Below are positions 1 through 13,300 of a stretch of 64,000 nt of DNA, piece after piece (the stretch's first letter is position 1; each line of letters begins with the position of its first letter). The DNA comes from the human T2T-CHM13v2.0 reference genome, Homo sapiens: NCBI RefSeq assembly GCF_009914755.1, contig NC_060926.1. The stretch is one strand, 5' to 3'. The position numbers and the translations under genes were made by a program. The notes under the pieces were generated by a model. That model was given only the letters and a program-made list of their open reading frames with translations, ran no database searches and was not told the DNA's origin.

Positions 1-1720
1 GTGCGGCAGAGTTGGAATTCATTATTCAGCAGCCGCCGGCTCCCAGATAAAGCTCTGTCCAGCTTCAGGTGTCTTCTCCCAGCTCCTGGAAGGGAGGCTC
101 TGCCCACCCCTCTGCAGGGCTCTGCTGCTTCCCTGCTAAGCAAGCCCTGCCACCAGTAGTGGGCACAGAGGAGTGGGCATGAGCATAGGTAGGGTGGATG
201 TGGGGCGGGGGGCACTCCCACCCACAGGGGCACACTACAAGAAGAAGGGAATGTATTTGTCCACCTACGCCCACCTCTTCCCTGCTGGAGACTGTGCCCC
301 CAAGAGGCTGGGCCCTGAGCCCTGCCCTGGGATCCCTGTTTCTGAATCTCAGGAAGCAGAGAGGCTGGGGCTGCTGCCTGAGGGGAGGCTCAGGACCAGG
401 CCATGCATGATGGAGATGGCTGGTTGTGGAGGCAGCAGAGGCTTATGTGCTACCAGGGGCCATGTTTAAGGATCCAGGGCACTAACCTAGCCCCACCCCA
501 AGGCTGGGGGTCAGGCAGGCTAGCGAAGGTAAGCCAGGCTGATGTTTGCTTTCCAGCCAGAGGAGCAGAATTGAATGGCCTTCTGCTGTTATAAGCTGCT
601 AGGGGCAGGAGAAGGGATGTCTATAGGGAAATTTCTAAGGACCAAAAGAGAACTGCCCCCTCCTGTCTTCCAGCAGCATACACCAAGGAAAGGGACGCTG
701 GGGGCCAGAATCCCTGATGCTGGAATCTGTGCAGGGTCATCTGCACCCTTGTTCTTGCTATTCATTCTTGGTGGAATGCCCTCCACCCCACCCTGGACTC
801 AGCTTGAGTGCCTGCTCCTGGAGGTGCCTCTGTACCCGCACCCCAGCTGGGTTGGGGTCCTCCTCTGTGCTGCTCCTGCCTCCTCTCATCTTACTGAGTC
901 CTGGGGCTGCTTCCCTTGCCTTTTCCCCTCCTGACCTCAGGAGGGCCCTGGAGCACAGCATCCCTCTACCCCAGAGCCCCACATGGTATCCTGTGCACCG
1001 TAGGATGCCCAATTACTGTTGAAAGGATAAAAGAGTGAGCTCAGGGATCTACCTGAAACAGAGTCTAAAGGTTAAAAAGAGAAATACTAATTTTTCACAG
1101 CATGGTAACAAGAGGTTACTTCTTTTGAATTCTACATTCCAAATAACCTACAGTATGTCCCAAGAGCCTTCTTTCCTCCTTCTAGATATTTCCTTGCTAC
1201 TGTGCCCTATTTTTCTTTTTCTACTTACGTTTTTTTCCTTTGCACTTTTTCCTAACCAATTCTTGCTTACCTTTCTCACATTTATCTAATCATATTGAAT
1301 TTAAAAATGTCTTAGAGTATTCTGTTTATTGAATACAAGTATGAATGCTAAATTTTCAAAAGCTAGATAAGTTTAATGTCTTAAAAAAAAAAACACCTAA
1401 ATTCACTAGCATTTTCCATCCATGAGGTCATCAGGTGATCTGTGTTTTTAAGGCTTGGTGACTACAAGGTACAACAACAACAACAGAAAATATCTTCTTC
1501 CTTGGTTCTCTGGAGGTCCTCCCCTGAAAGGAGTGAATTTCATGAGGCCTCTTATAGACCCTGTGCATCTTTAGGAAAAAGCCCATGATCCTGCCCTAGC
1601 CAAGGCATTGATCTATGCTGAATCTCACTTTCCACATCCATAAAATGGTAGCAATTCCACTCAGCAGCTCTCAATGGAGTCAGCTGGCCTTTCTGAAAAC
1701 CTAAGAGACAGATCCCACTC

Positions 1721-2022
1721 TTTTTTTTTTTTTTTTTTTTGAGAGAGAGTCTCACTCTGTCACCCAGGCTGGAGGGCAGTGGAGTGATCTAGGCTCACTG
1801 CAACCTCTGCCTCCCGGGTTCAAGCGATTCTCCTGCCTCAGCCTCCCAAATAGGTCAGACTATAAGCATGTGCTACCATGCCCAGCTAATGTTTGTATTT
1901 TTAGTAGAGATGGGGTTTCACCATGTTGGCTAGGCTGGTCTCAAACTGCTGACCTCAAGTGATCCGCCTGCCTCGGCCTTCCAAAATGCTGGGATTACAG
2001 GCATGAGCCACCGTTCCCAGCC
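1721..2022 (-). mobile_element. Alu (AluS-type)
   Basis: T20 followed by the reverse Alu consensus; imperfect TSD AGA(T/A)CCCACT. Confidence 0.95.
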
Positions 2023-3144
2023 AGAACCCACTTTTTAATTTCCATTCTTCTATTACCCATTTTGGTAACTGAGTATATAATTTATGTAATGAACATTTAC
2101 TGAATTCTTTCCAGAGCCAGGTGCTGAGATTCAGGGATGAATATGATATGGATGGCACAAGATCCCAATCAGATGAGACAGATGGACTAGAACACAGGCA
2201 GGTGGAAGGCAGGGTGGTGGGTTTACCAGCAGGACTGGCTGGGCAGCCCTGAATGGGGGAGGAAGTAGGCGGTCAACCTCACCAGGGCTGGGGGTCTTTG
2301 ACTCATGTTTTCCTTATTGTAGAACATGTTCCCCAATGAGAATTTAGAAAAATACAGACATGACTGCATTCTGAAGGATGGATGGATTTTCCTTCCACCC
2401 AGTTTGTTTGCAGCCGTTCCTTTGCCTACAGCTCTCTTTCCAACCAGGCCTCAGTGTTTCTGCTTCCTGAGCCTCTGGGAAGCCTGTGGCTCCCCTTCAT
2501 TTCATTGGCATTTGCCAGGGGAAGTCTTTGGAGAATGCTGGTGGCAGCCACATTCTGTGAACCCAGTAGCGTCTGCGGTCTTCATCCACTGCCATTTACA
2601 GAACCGAAGTGCGAGGGGAGCACTGCTCTCCATCCGGCATCTGAAGGGAAGAAGCAAGACCTGGAGACAAAGTGGGAACTGCCAGGCTTCTTCATGACAC
2701 CAGGACTGCTGCAGAGGGAGCTGGGGTGGCAGGGCCTCCACCCGAGTCACCAAGAGCCTGGCACCGTGGAAGCTGTCCCCATACCCTCACCCCTTATGGA
2801 AAAGCCGAAGGCCCTGTGCCTGCCCTAGGCACCAAGGCTGGTGTAAGGGTCCCTGGAGAAACTCAAATGTGGAGGCTGAAGCAGTCACAGGGAGGGAGGG
2901 AGGCAGGCAGGATTACACAGGGGGTGGGCCTTCAGCAGGCCTGCTCTCTGGGGCAAGCGCTACCCCTGCGGATGCCATCCCCAAAATGAACGGCAGCATT
3001 GGGGACAAATGTAAATCACACACCCAGACGTTCTATGATTTTCTTTTTGCCTCTTGTGGAGTAGTTTACAGGTATGATGAGGTGAGAAGGAAGCCATCAG
3101 CTAGAGATTAAGAAGAAAAATGAAAAATGCTCCTCTTCGCAAGG

Positions 3145-3200
3145 CGCGCACACACACACGCACACATGCACGCACGCACGCACACACACAATTACACACA
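3145..3200. repeat. (CA)/(CG) mixed dinucleotide repeat upstream of the CpG island
   Basis: gcgcgcacacacacacgcacacatgcacgcacgcacgcacacacaca, alternating purine-pyrimidine. Confidence 0.9.
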
Positions 3201-3672
3201 GCGTCCTAGGCAACCTCGCCCAGCGCGGCCCACTACAGAGCCCCTTCCTGGAACTCCCATGGAGCTGGGGTGCAGGGGAAGCCTTGGAGAGACATAGCTC
3301 CTGGGGACCCTAAGGCCACTCAGGTTTCTGGGCCTGAGCCACGGTGGGGCAGCTGCTTCGTGCGTGACCTCCAAAGTCAGGACCTGGCCTGTCCTTTGTG
3401 GTAGCGTCGCGTTCCAAGCCGGGTCACCGCAAGACGGATCCCGCCAGGCCTCTCCAGCGATGTTCTGCCTCCCTCCCGCATCTGAGCCTCTGCACATCCC
3501 GCAGGCAGCAAGGCAGAGAGCCCCGACGCGCCGGGGCAAGTGACAGGGGTCACCCAGCAGAGCTCGCGGAAATGGGAGGCGCCTTCTGGGCGCGCCCTAT
3601 GGGGCTGCTCCGGGAGGTGGCCGCCAGGGGGGCGCAGTGTCTCGGAACGCGAGGACCGCGGGGCCAGCTGGC

Positions 3673-3735
3673 GTTGCCAGGCTCGCCGCCGTGGCCGTTG
3701 CCAGGTGACCCGCCGCTGTTTACCGTGGGGCGGAG
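3673..3735 (+). promoter_or_regulatory. Motile-cilia-type promoter module: RFX X-box, forkhead site, MYB site, GC box
   Basis: X-box GTTGCCAGGTGAC (3697-3709) plus a half-site GTTGCCAGG (3673-3681); CCGTTG = CAACGG on - (3695-3700); TGTTTAC (3717-3723); GGGGCGGAG (3727-3735). All lie 35-100 nt upstream of the ATG. Confidence 0.65.
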
Positions 3736-3770
3736 CGGAGCGCCAGGCTCGCTGTACTCGCGCACCCACC

Positions 3771-3844
3771 ATGGCCTCCCGCAGCGCGGGCACCCTACTG
3801 ACCGAGTTCAATGCCGCCTACGTGCCCCCTGGACTCATGCCCGG
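3771..3844 (+). CDS. CIMIP2C: CIMIP2C (C2orf70/FAM166C) coding exon 1, MASRSAGTLLTEFNAAYVPPGLMPG
   Basis: Strong Kozak CCCACCATGG; donor GG|GTAAGG at 3845; 74 nt, ends in phase 2. Joining to exon 2 completes the FAM166-type PGYQGHVP motif. Confidence 0.95.
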
Positions 3845-6171
3845 GTAAGGCCGAGGGAGCGCCTCCTCCCCTCCCCCTTCCACTAGCGCCCTCCTCGGTG
3901 ATCGAAATTCAGCCCCCTGCCCCCGGACTTTGGGGTTGAAGGAACCCCGAGGAGCCAATTTTCCACCCGACGGGGCGAGGGGCCTTCCTAGAGGTTTGTG
4001 GTTTCAGAGTAGGAAGTGGGCAGGCACGGGCGGGGGCCTCCCCAGATTCCCCTTCACAGGAAGGCGCTCCCTGGCAAGTGGGGCACAGCCAGCAGGGCAT
4101 AAGGGACCTCGCATGGATGTAGCCGGGGAAGGGGGAGGAGATGGAGCCACGTGGGGTTTAGTGCTTGGAGACGCCCCAGGCGGGCAGCCTCCAGCGCTTA
4201 GAGAAAATGCGAGAAAATCAGGCCCTTCCGTCCGGCGCACAGGGCCAGCACCCAGCATTCGGGCAAGGTCAGTACTTGTTGGTTGAAGGAGGGAAGGATA
4301 CCGGGTGGGTGCCCGCTCGAAGAACCTGGCAAGGCCGGAAGAGCCGTAGTTAATGGGTCATGTGTGCAGTACCCGCCCGACTTTGCGGTCGGTCCTTTCA
4401 CAGACCTCCCTTTATCCTCCCAGAAGTTTTTCTTGGAAAGCTTCCTGGCCACTTGCCCTGAGCGCTGGCTTGCTGTTTAGCACTTTCAAATACTAGGTTA
4501 CACCTACCTTTCTTTACTCTGGATATTTTCAGACTCCAACCATCTAACATGCAAGTCTGGCTGTTGCCTCCTGTTCTTTGGCTCTTTCTCCTACAGTGTC
4601 TGATGTTTCTACTCTGGACCGCCTCTCCCAGGGTGTAAGGCTGTCTTTATCCCTCCTACCAGTCAGCATAGGTACTGAGAACAGGCACTGGATTCTGAGA
4701 GGCAACCTGTACAGTATCAGCAAATCTGTATAGAATGAATGAATGATCCTAAGAACCCTTGTCTGAAAAAAAGAGTGAACGAATGAATGAAATGAATGTC
4801 TTGAGGATTCTGCAGGCAGAGTCTCCAAATGGGTGAAAAAGCCCGCATGCTCTCCCCTGCAATCGGAACAGATGGCAACATGAAGAAAAGTGTATTTGGT
4901 ATGAAGTTGAGATTGTTTTGAAGCAGAATAAGCTAGACACAGAGGTGCTGTGACATTCAAATCATTTCTGGAGGCTGCATGAGAAAGTAGCAACCAGGGG
5001 CTGGTGCTGTAGTTTTAACCTAGCCCATTTGTGGATGCGACCTCTCTCTGGGCCTTGGAGGGAGCTCAAAAGCTACCAGGGTTCCCATCAGACAAAGCTG
5101 ATTTACCAGGTCATGGTAGTTTCCCGAAGCCAAGCCAGGTGACTTAGGATTTGCCCGTTTTCCTTTATTTAAGACATTCATGTGGGTCAGTGCTTGGGAC
5201 ATGCCAGGTGTTATGTTAGGAGGCTGGGAAGACAAAGACAAACAAGTGAGGGGCTGCCCTAGTGTGGTGTAAACACATAAGGTTTAGTTCAAATCCATTT
5301 TTGCAGCCTTGGATTGTGGTGCTGACACCACATTCTGGGTGTTCATCATGAGATTTGATTTTATACATTGACTTTTTTTCTTAAGCCTCCCACAGTCTCC
5401 AGTTGGAAAATTTTCTATTGTCTGACTCCTGGACATTTCCCATCTGAGGGGCAAGGCCTGGTGCTCCTGCAAACCCTGCCCCGCAGTTCCCCAACTCTGT
5501 TTGGCAGGGGTGGGAGCTGCAGGTTTCAGAAGCAGTCCCCAGGGTGCTTTCCTATTCCTGCCACTTCTCAGCAGTTCCCTTGAGCGCCCTGTCCTGTGAT
5601 TGATTTAGAAATGGCAATAAGAGGATCATGAATGAGGCTTCAAGCCTGGACTGGGCTAGTTTGAGCAGCTGAGCCCGTATCTGCTGCTTTCTCATCTAGA
5701 TCTTTCTGGAAGGGTTGTGTTCCCCTTAAAGATTCCCATCAGCAAGGGATGAATTGAGTCATTTTGTGTTTCCAAATGCTACCTCGTTGGCAATTCTGTT
5801 AACTTAATGAAAGAACCCAAGATTCCCGACCACACTTGGATAATTCTTATTTTTGTGTGTCTGTTCAAACACTAATCACAGGATTTTAAAGCACAGCCAG
5901 TCTCTTCTGACACTCACATCACCCTGCTCTTACCTGCTTTATTCATAGAGGCGAGAATATTCATGCTGGTGTGGACCTCAGAGATCATGTAGCCCTGTCC
6001 CCTCCTGTTCCAGATGTGGTCACTGAGGTGTGGGGGGACTTGCCTGAGCCCCACGCTGGTGATTGAAGTGCTGGGCTGGAGCCAGGTCCCTAATGCCTGG
6101 CAATAACACCATGATCTCCTAAGTCTGAGCTCCAACTATGTACCAGGCACTGTGCTGGGCCCTTCACAACA

Positions 6172-6633
<462 letters not shown>

Positions 6634-7577
6634 TGACTTCAACGCCCCAACTCACCCCAATATCTCCCCAACCGTCATGTGGTGTTTCACACTGCCTCCC
6701 TCATTTAGCAGGGAGGGAATGGGGTCGACAGTAAGAGATGGACTCTGGAGCAAGCCTGCCTGGTACGAATCCTGGCTCCATGACTTCCTTACCCTGGGCA
6801 GGTTACTTATCCCCCCTGCCTCACCTACCTTATCTGTTCAATGGGGATGATCACGGTGTGCAGGTTAAAGAGGTTTCAGTTAGTTAACATGCGTAAAGCC
6901 TGGCACTTGATCATTGTTAGCTGTTATCATTAGTTAGATCTCTACTGTGTTCAAGATCTGGTTCTAGGAACCCCGGGGAACATGAAATAATAACAAAGCT
7001 GGTCTTCAGCCTCGCCGGCCAGGGTGCTCCATTTGGTTCCATGCTGTTCCTGGGGACACAGCTCCTAGGCACCTTGCCACAGGCAGTGCCTGCCTACGCC
7101 TGGCCTGGGTGCTATTCCTGCAGTGGGCAGGAGCTCTTGGGTCAGAGCCCCTGAGATTTGAAGGGGTTTGAAGGGATGAGATTGGCCTCAGTGAGGATCC
7201 AAGCTTCCTGCTTGCAAGTCGGATCTGGGTGGCATCCACTCCTCATTCTCTGTTTCTGGCCATGCCTCACCGGCTCTCAGTGCAGACACTTGGCCTGCGC
7301 CATGCATTCATTCATGCCCAGACTGCCACTGCGCCCCATGCCCACAGCTCCTGCCCAGCGGCTCTCACCAAGAGTGAGGGCAGGAGGATTTGCCTCCCAG
7401 CCCCTCTCTCTGTCTGCCTGGGGTGGCAGTTGTGCCCACATCTGTCACTGAGCTGGACCTCGGAGACTTCAGGGGCCTCTGGTCCTAAAATCAGTGCGTT
7501 CCACTCCATTGTCAGGAGAGTGGTCCCACAAAGGTGGCTGTGTCCCCATCCCCAGAATCCCTGTACAGCAAACACAC

Positions 7578-8297
7578 ACACGGTGGTGTACTGACAAATG
7601 TTTAACAACCAGTTCTCTGGAGCAAAAATGCTTTGATTTGTAACATTCATCCGTATCTGTGGTATAAATACTCTCACCAAAGCTGATTTCAAACTATCAA
7701 CATAGTGTCCTTAATTGCAGAGTTGGGGAGGGATGGATGCACAGCTGTGCACCATTATATAACATTTCCACCCCACAGATAGAGTGGACATGACAACCTC
7801 AAACACAGACGATAGTAACGTGGCAAAATAATTAGGAAGTGAGGAGTTTTGACTGTCTCCTTTGGTTTTAGTGTGTTTTTCTTTCCTTTGAGACAGAGTC
7901 TTACTCTGTCACCCAGGCTTGAGTGCAGTGGCACGATCACAGCTCACTATAGCCTTAACCTCCTGGGCTCAAGTGATCCTCCCACCTCAGCCCCCTGAGT
8001 AGCTGGGACCACAGGTGTGCACCACCATACCTGGCTAATTTTTATATTTTTTGTAGAGACAGGGCTGCCCAGGCTGGTCTTGAACTCTTGGGCTCAAGCC
8101 ATTTGCCTGCCTCAGCCTCCCAAAGTGCTGGGATTATAGAAGCCAACATGCCTGGCCTAATATAACATATTTAATTGTAATGGAATATAATTTGATATTG
8201 AATACTGGCTTGTTTAATAATAGACTTAACAATTTCCTGAAAATTTAGAAGTTGATTCCTTTGAAGCCAGTAGGCACTGCCTGTAGCCCACTACTGC
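7578..8297. mobile_element. MER63-like hAT DNA transposon relic interrupted by an AluJ (~7878-8157, -)
   Basis: Segments GGTATAAATACTC...GATTTCAAACTATCAAC, AATAATTAGGAAGTG and AATTTCCTGAAAATTT resemble the MER63 consensus as I remember it; the termini are CAGTGGTGTGCT-like. Confidence 0.65.
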
Positions 8298-8306
8298 CTG
8301 CCCCTG

Positions 8307-8675
8307 TGATATGGTTTGGCTGTGTCCCCACCCAAATCTCATCTTGAATTGTAGTTTCCATAATCCCCACATGTCACAAGAGGGACCAGGTGGAGATAAT
8401 TGAATCATGGGGGCAGTTCCCCCATCCTGTTCTCATGAGAGTTAGTTCTCACAAGATCAGATGGTTTTATAAGGGGCTCCCCATTTGTTGGGCACCCATT
8501 TTTCTCTCCTGCCGCCATGAGAACAAGGACATGTTTGCTTCGCTTTCTGCCATCACTGTAAGTTTCCTGAGACTTCCCCAACCCTGCAGAACTATTAGTC
8601 AATTAAACCTCTTTCCTTTATAAATTACCCAGTTTGGGGCAGTTCTTCTTAGCAGCGTGGGAACAGAGTAATACA
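8307..8675 (+). mobile_element. THE1 (MaLR) solo LTR
   Basis: Starts TGATATGGTTTGGCTGTGTCCCCACCCAAATCTCATCTTGAATTGTAG and ends TAATACA; near-perfect 5-bp TSD CCCTG/CTCTG. Confidence 0.92.
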
Positions 8676-9868
8676 CTCTGCCAGCTTCCTGGGGCCTGGG
8701 GCTTTACCCTTCAGGGAGAGAGGTCAGGCCAGGCTTGGGAAGGGAGGGTTCCAAAGCATTTGCATTTCCAAAGCCCCTTCCACTTCAACCCAGGCCCTGG
8801 CACCTGAGGTGCAGCCCTCCAAACAGGCCAGTGCATCTTGGGGTATGAAACAAAGGCCATCTGCCCAGGAGGAGGTAGGGGACCCTTTGTGCCCATTCGT
8901 TAGTATTAGAATCTCCTGGGGAGCTTTAACTATGACCTGTGTTCGGGCCCCATCTAGAGATTCTGATGTCATTGGTTGGGCTGGGCCAGGGCTGCAGGAG
9001 TTTCCAATCCTCCCAGGCAATTCTAAGATGTAACCAGGGACAGGAATGCTTGTCTGAGAATTTCTATGGCCCCTTGCATTGCAGACCACTGTTGAGAAAC
9101 TGGCAGGTGTGGTCCTGTTTTCAAGCATTTGAAAGAAGGGACCTCCTCGTGTGAAGCCTTCTACCTGTGCCATTCTCCTTGGCACACCCCCGCCCCCAGG
9201 CTGAGAGGTCTGACTGAAGGCACAGCAGGCACTACTTTCGTTGTTCGGTTCTCATCTCCAGCTGAGGGAAAAGATCATTGTCCCAGATTCAAGCCCAAAA
9301 TACAGAAGCAGAAAGTAAATTCTACAGTCCCTCAATTCTTCTCCCTCTTGGCCCTGTCCCCACAGGGAGCTTCCTTCTCTATCCCCCCAGGAGGCAGCCT
9401 GGTCTCAGAGGGCCTCACACACTTAGGGAGCCTCTGGCCACTCACCTGCCTTTCTCTGCTGCAGTATCTTCTCTTCTGGAGGATTCATAAGCCACGTCAT
9501 TCCCCACCCCTTTCCCAGGACCTCTGCCCCAAGGCCAGCCCCTATCTCTTCCCTGGAATTCACCTCTGAGCTGTTCAAGTACATTTCATAGGTAACTGGT
9601 GCCTCTCTACCTTGAGGAACTGTGGAGCCCCCTAAGAACAGGTGATCAGGGGCTCCTGGAGACTTGGGCTTTGCAACAGGGATCCTCCTTCTCTCCAGAA
9701 GAAAGGGCAACCCTTTAAAATGTGCCACCATTTGTCAATTCCATTCAACAGATATTCACAGAACATCCACTGGGTGCAGAGAATGCCAAGCATGCCAGTA
9801 TGAGTACAACAGAACCCTACTTCCCCAGAGAGCCTATGATTAATAAGAAAGAATATTCCAGTGGCTCA

Positions 9869-10279
<411 letters not shown>

Positions 10280-12882
10280 TCATGGAGGCTCCATGGGAAA
10301 GAGGGCATTCAAGATGGACCTCAAAGGATGGGTAAGATCACAATGTGGGAAGTGCGGAGAGCAGAGCCTTCTGGATGGAGGATGTGGCTTGAGACAAAAA
10401 AAATGGTGTGGAGTTGCCAGAAGGATGTTCTTTCAAAGCAGCAAATAGCCTCTTCAGCTGGAATGGGAAAACTGTGATGACAGTGGATGATGCGGCTGGA
10501 AAGCATTCTCACAGAGGCCCTGGCGCGGAGGGACTGACACCTGGCCCCGCTTGTGCTTGGTGTCACAGGCAATAGGGAGCCCTTGAAGGGTTTTGCCCTG
10601 GGGAGGAATGTGATCAGAACTGTCCTCAGTAGGAGGCGTTATGGAGGAGAGGATGCATTGTGGAATGTGGACATGCCGAATAGTCGCTGGTTAATCAGTT
10701 AATAAGGTTGATCATGGGATCTCTGATGGCTCATGGTAATTAGTTTTAATGTTGGCTGTGGGGCCAAGCAGTGCTATTAAGAGTCAGGGAAGGGACTGCT
10801 CCTTTTCACACAGTAACCCACAGTGGGCCTTAGAATCCACATGTGACCATTGCCCAGGGGTCCGGCTTGGCACAGTCTCCTGGCTTATGTGGTGTACAGA
10901 TGGATGGAGGGACAGGGTGGTGGATGGGAGCAGATGAAGGGGTTGAAGGGGAGGTGTGGTGGCACCAGCCAACACAGCAAATGCTGCCACTCGATGCCCT
11001 GTTATAAAACTTGCCATTCCCCTCTGTTCCTCCCTACCTTGGCCTGCCACGTATCAACACAAACAGGACTGCAGAAGGCTCCACCGTGGAGCTCAGGGCA
11101 TGCTCAAAGGAACACAAATGCAGGTGCATATAAGGGACACAGACCTAGCTTGCCAAGATGCGCCCACTGAGTGCTAAAGAATGTGAACCTGCCTATGTGT
11201 GCAAGTGTGTGAGTGCACACACACCTGCCTGAGCAGTAAGCCCTGAACAGAAGCCAGGCAGAACTCAGGAGGATTGCGGAGGAGAGGGCTTCTATTCTAT
11301 TGGGATGCAAATATCGTGGCATTCAGAGAAGGTGGAGAAGCAGGGAGCAGAGGAGGAGTATGGCAGAGAGCTTGGGGGCGGAGAGAAGAATCACGAGAAC
11401 ACATCATTTTTCTATGGCTCCTTTCTTCGGAGGAGCCCATCGCCCCTGTAGGCGGGATGCTTCATGCCAGCATGTGCTCTGCTGATCAGAGCCACGCTCC
11501 TCTTAAATCAGGACTCCAGGGCATGGTGCCCCCAGAGTTTCTGGAATTCTGCCTCCTCCAGTGAACATTTGTTGAGCACTTGTCATGTGCCAGGTGCCAA
11601 GGATAAAGGAGAACACGGATTAGCAGAAGAAGAGACAAGTTCATTCGGGTCTGAGTGTGGACTTGAGGATGATAGTCCTCTCAGTGAGGCAGGTGCTAGG
11701 TACAGGGTGTGCAGTCAGGGGAGGTAGCAGAGGGCACTGGATCCTTAGGAGTGGGTGGCAGATCCCCAGATGGGCAACAGGGAAAATGCATCCCAGGGAA
11801 AGGAATTCCATGCAAAGGCCCAGAGGCCTGAAGAGCAAGTGGGGCCCCAGAGACTGGGAGTAACGCTGCTGGGGCCCAGGGCACCTACAGGGCAGTGATG
11901 GGCGAGAGGAGGGATGGCTCTGGTGCCGTGTGGACAGCAGGCTGGAGGGGGTGATGCTCCATTTAGACCAGGGAGGAGATTGGAGATTGTCCAGGCAAGC
12001 AATGAGGGAGGCTCGCAGCAGTGGGATGGAGGAGGGCCACAGGCCAGTGGCTAAGGAGGGGCCTAAGCAGGACTTAGGGAGAGGTCAGATGTGGAGGGTG
12101 ATGGAGGGTGATGGAGAAGCCATCAAGTCCCAGTTTCTGGCTTAGGTGGAGGTTGGAGGGGGCAGGGATATACTGGAGGAAGAGCAGTTTCAGTGGCGCT
12201 GAGTCTGTGGCGTGGTGGCCCAGCCTTGTGTGGATCCATTGCCAGGCATGTGGATCCATTGCCAGAATGGTAGAGGCTGGAGACCCAGAGGTAGAGGCTG
12301 TCATTGACATACGGGACATGTTGGAAGTCTAACACAGATGAGATCTCCCAGAAGGAATGGGTCCCTGAAAAGAGAAGAGGACCCTGGGGCAACACCATCG
12401 CCTGGGGAAGGAGCCAGACCCAGGGGCTCCCCCTGCCCTGGGACTTTCCTCAAAGCCTCACCCCAGTGGACACTTGTCATGGAGCTCCTCCAGTACCCAC
12501 CCTGGGAATGGCCTTCCCTCCTTGTGGTTGATAGCACTAGAACCTTGACCATGGTCCCACTTGGGTTGGAGCTGGTTGTACCCAGGCCAGCTCAGCATGG
12601 CGCCTGACACATGCACCCCATGACTCAGTAAACACCGAGTGAGGATTGGGCTTGGGGAAGGCAGGCTGAGCACCGTGGGTCTTTGTGTTCCCAGCACTTA
12701 GTATGGTGCCAGCACACAGCAGGTTCCTGATAAATTAATGTTTCATGCCATCTGACTCTGTTTTTAAAAAATGATGTGTGTACAAAGAAGAAAGCCACAA
12801 ATCACCCGAAATCCAAACACCCTGAATTATCCAGGGTCAACGTTTGGTGCATTTTATTCAGAGTTTCTCTTTATGTGTATAT

Positions 12883-12924
12883 TCAGATGAGATCGGGCGC
12901 GCTCAGGGTGGTATGGCTGTAGAC
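12883..12924 (-). pseudogene. 5S rRNA 5' fragment (nt 1-42), tailless retropseudogene
   Basis: Minus strand reads GTCTACAGCCATACCACCCTGAGCGCGCCCGATCTCATCTGA, 39/42 identical to the human 5S 5' end as I recall it. Flanked by the 18-bp direct repeat TTATGTGTATATTCAGAT (12871-12888 and 12926-12943). Confidence 0.92.
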
Positions 12925-13264
12925 CTTATGTGTATATTCAGATAAAGGACTAGATGGAGGAGTGAATGGACGGATGGATGGATGGATATAAAGACAGACA
13001 AAAGCAACTTTATAAAAATATAATCATACCATATTTGCTATTTTAAAATGAAAAGCATGAAATTGAATCTTAATAGAACTTAACTGAAGAGAAAGAAACT
13101 GAAGTAAAATGGAAGAATAAGTAGATTTGAGATAAGTGTTAATTCATCACAAGAGATATTAGTACAAAAAGATCCCACTATAGGAGAGAGAGAGAGGATA
13201 AAAACCATCAAAGGACTAAAGCCATTATGTTGTACTTTTTTCTAACGATGTGTTTCAATTTTAG

Positions 13265-13300
13265 ATGCCATGGGTTGACTCTGATTTAAAGAGATTCTTA
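13265..13300 (+). other. Candidate 36-nt cassette (poison / frame-switch) exon in CIMIP2C intron 1
   Basis: Branch CTAAC (13242-13246), acceptor tttcaattttag|ATG, donor TTA|GTAAGT. TAA in the main frame at 13287-13289. Confidence 0.6.

Larger units (their letters stand above)
3400..4400. promoter_or_regulatory. CpG island / promoter of CIMIP2C (C2orf70/FAM166C)
   Basis: Dense CpG and high GC around the ATG at 3771, unlike the CpG-depleted flanks. Boundaries estimated by eye. Confidence 0.85.

Noticed and set aside
3618-3636. CTCF-like motif TGGCCGCCAGGGGGGCGCA in the CpG island
   Set aside because: One extra G breaks the core spacing and such matches are frequent in GC-rich DNA. Not called without ChIP data.
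3540-3770. In-frame N-terminal extension of CIMIP2C (ORF 3540..3848)
   Set aside because: It begins at GTG with no ATG before 3771, which has an optimal Kozak. The extension overlaps the promoter motifs.
12229-12265. 20-bp-period duplication TGTGGATCCATTGCCAG x2
   Set aside because: Ordinary small tandem duplication within degenerate L2-like sequence, with no sign of function.
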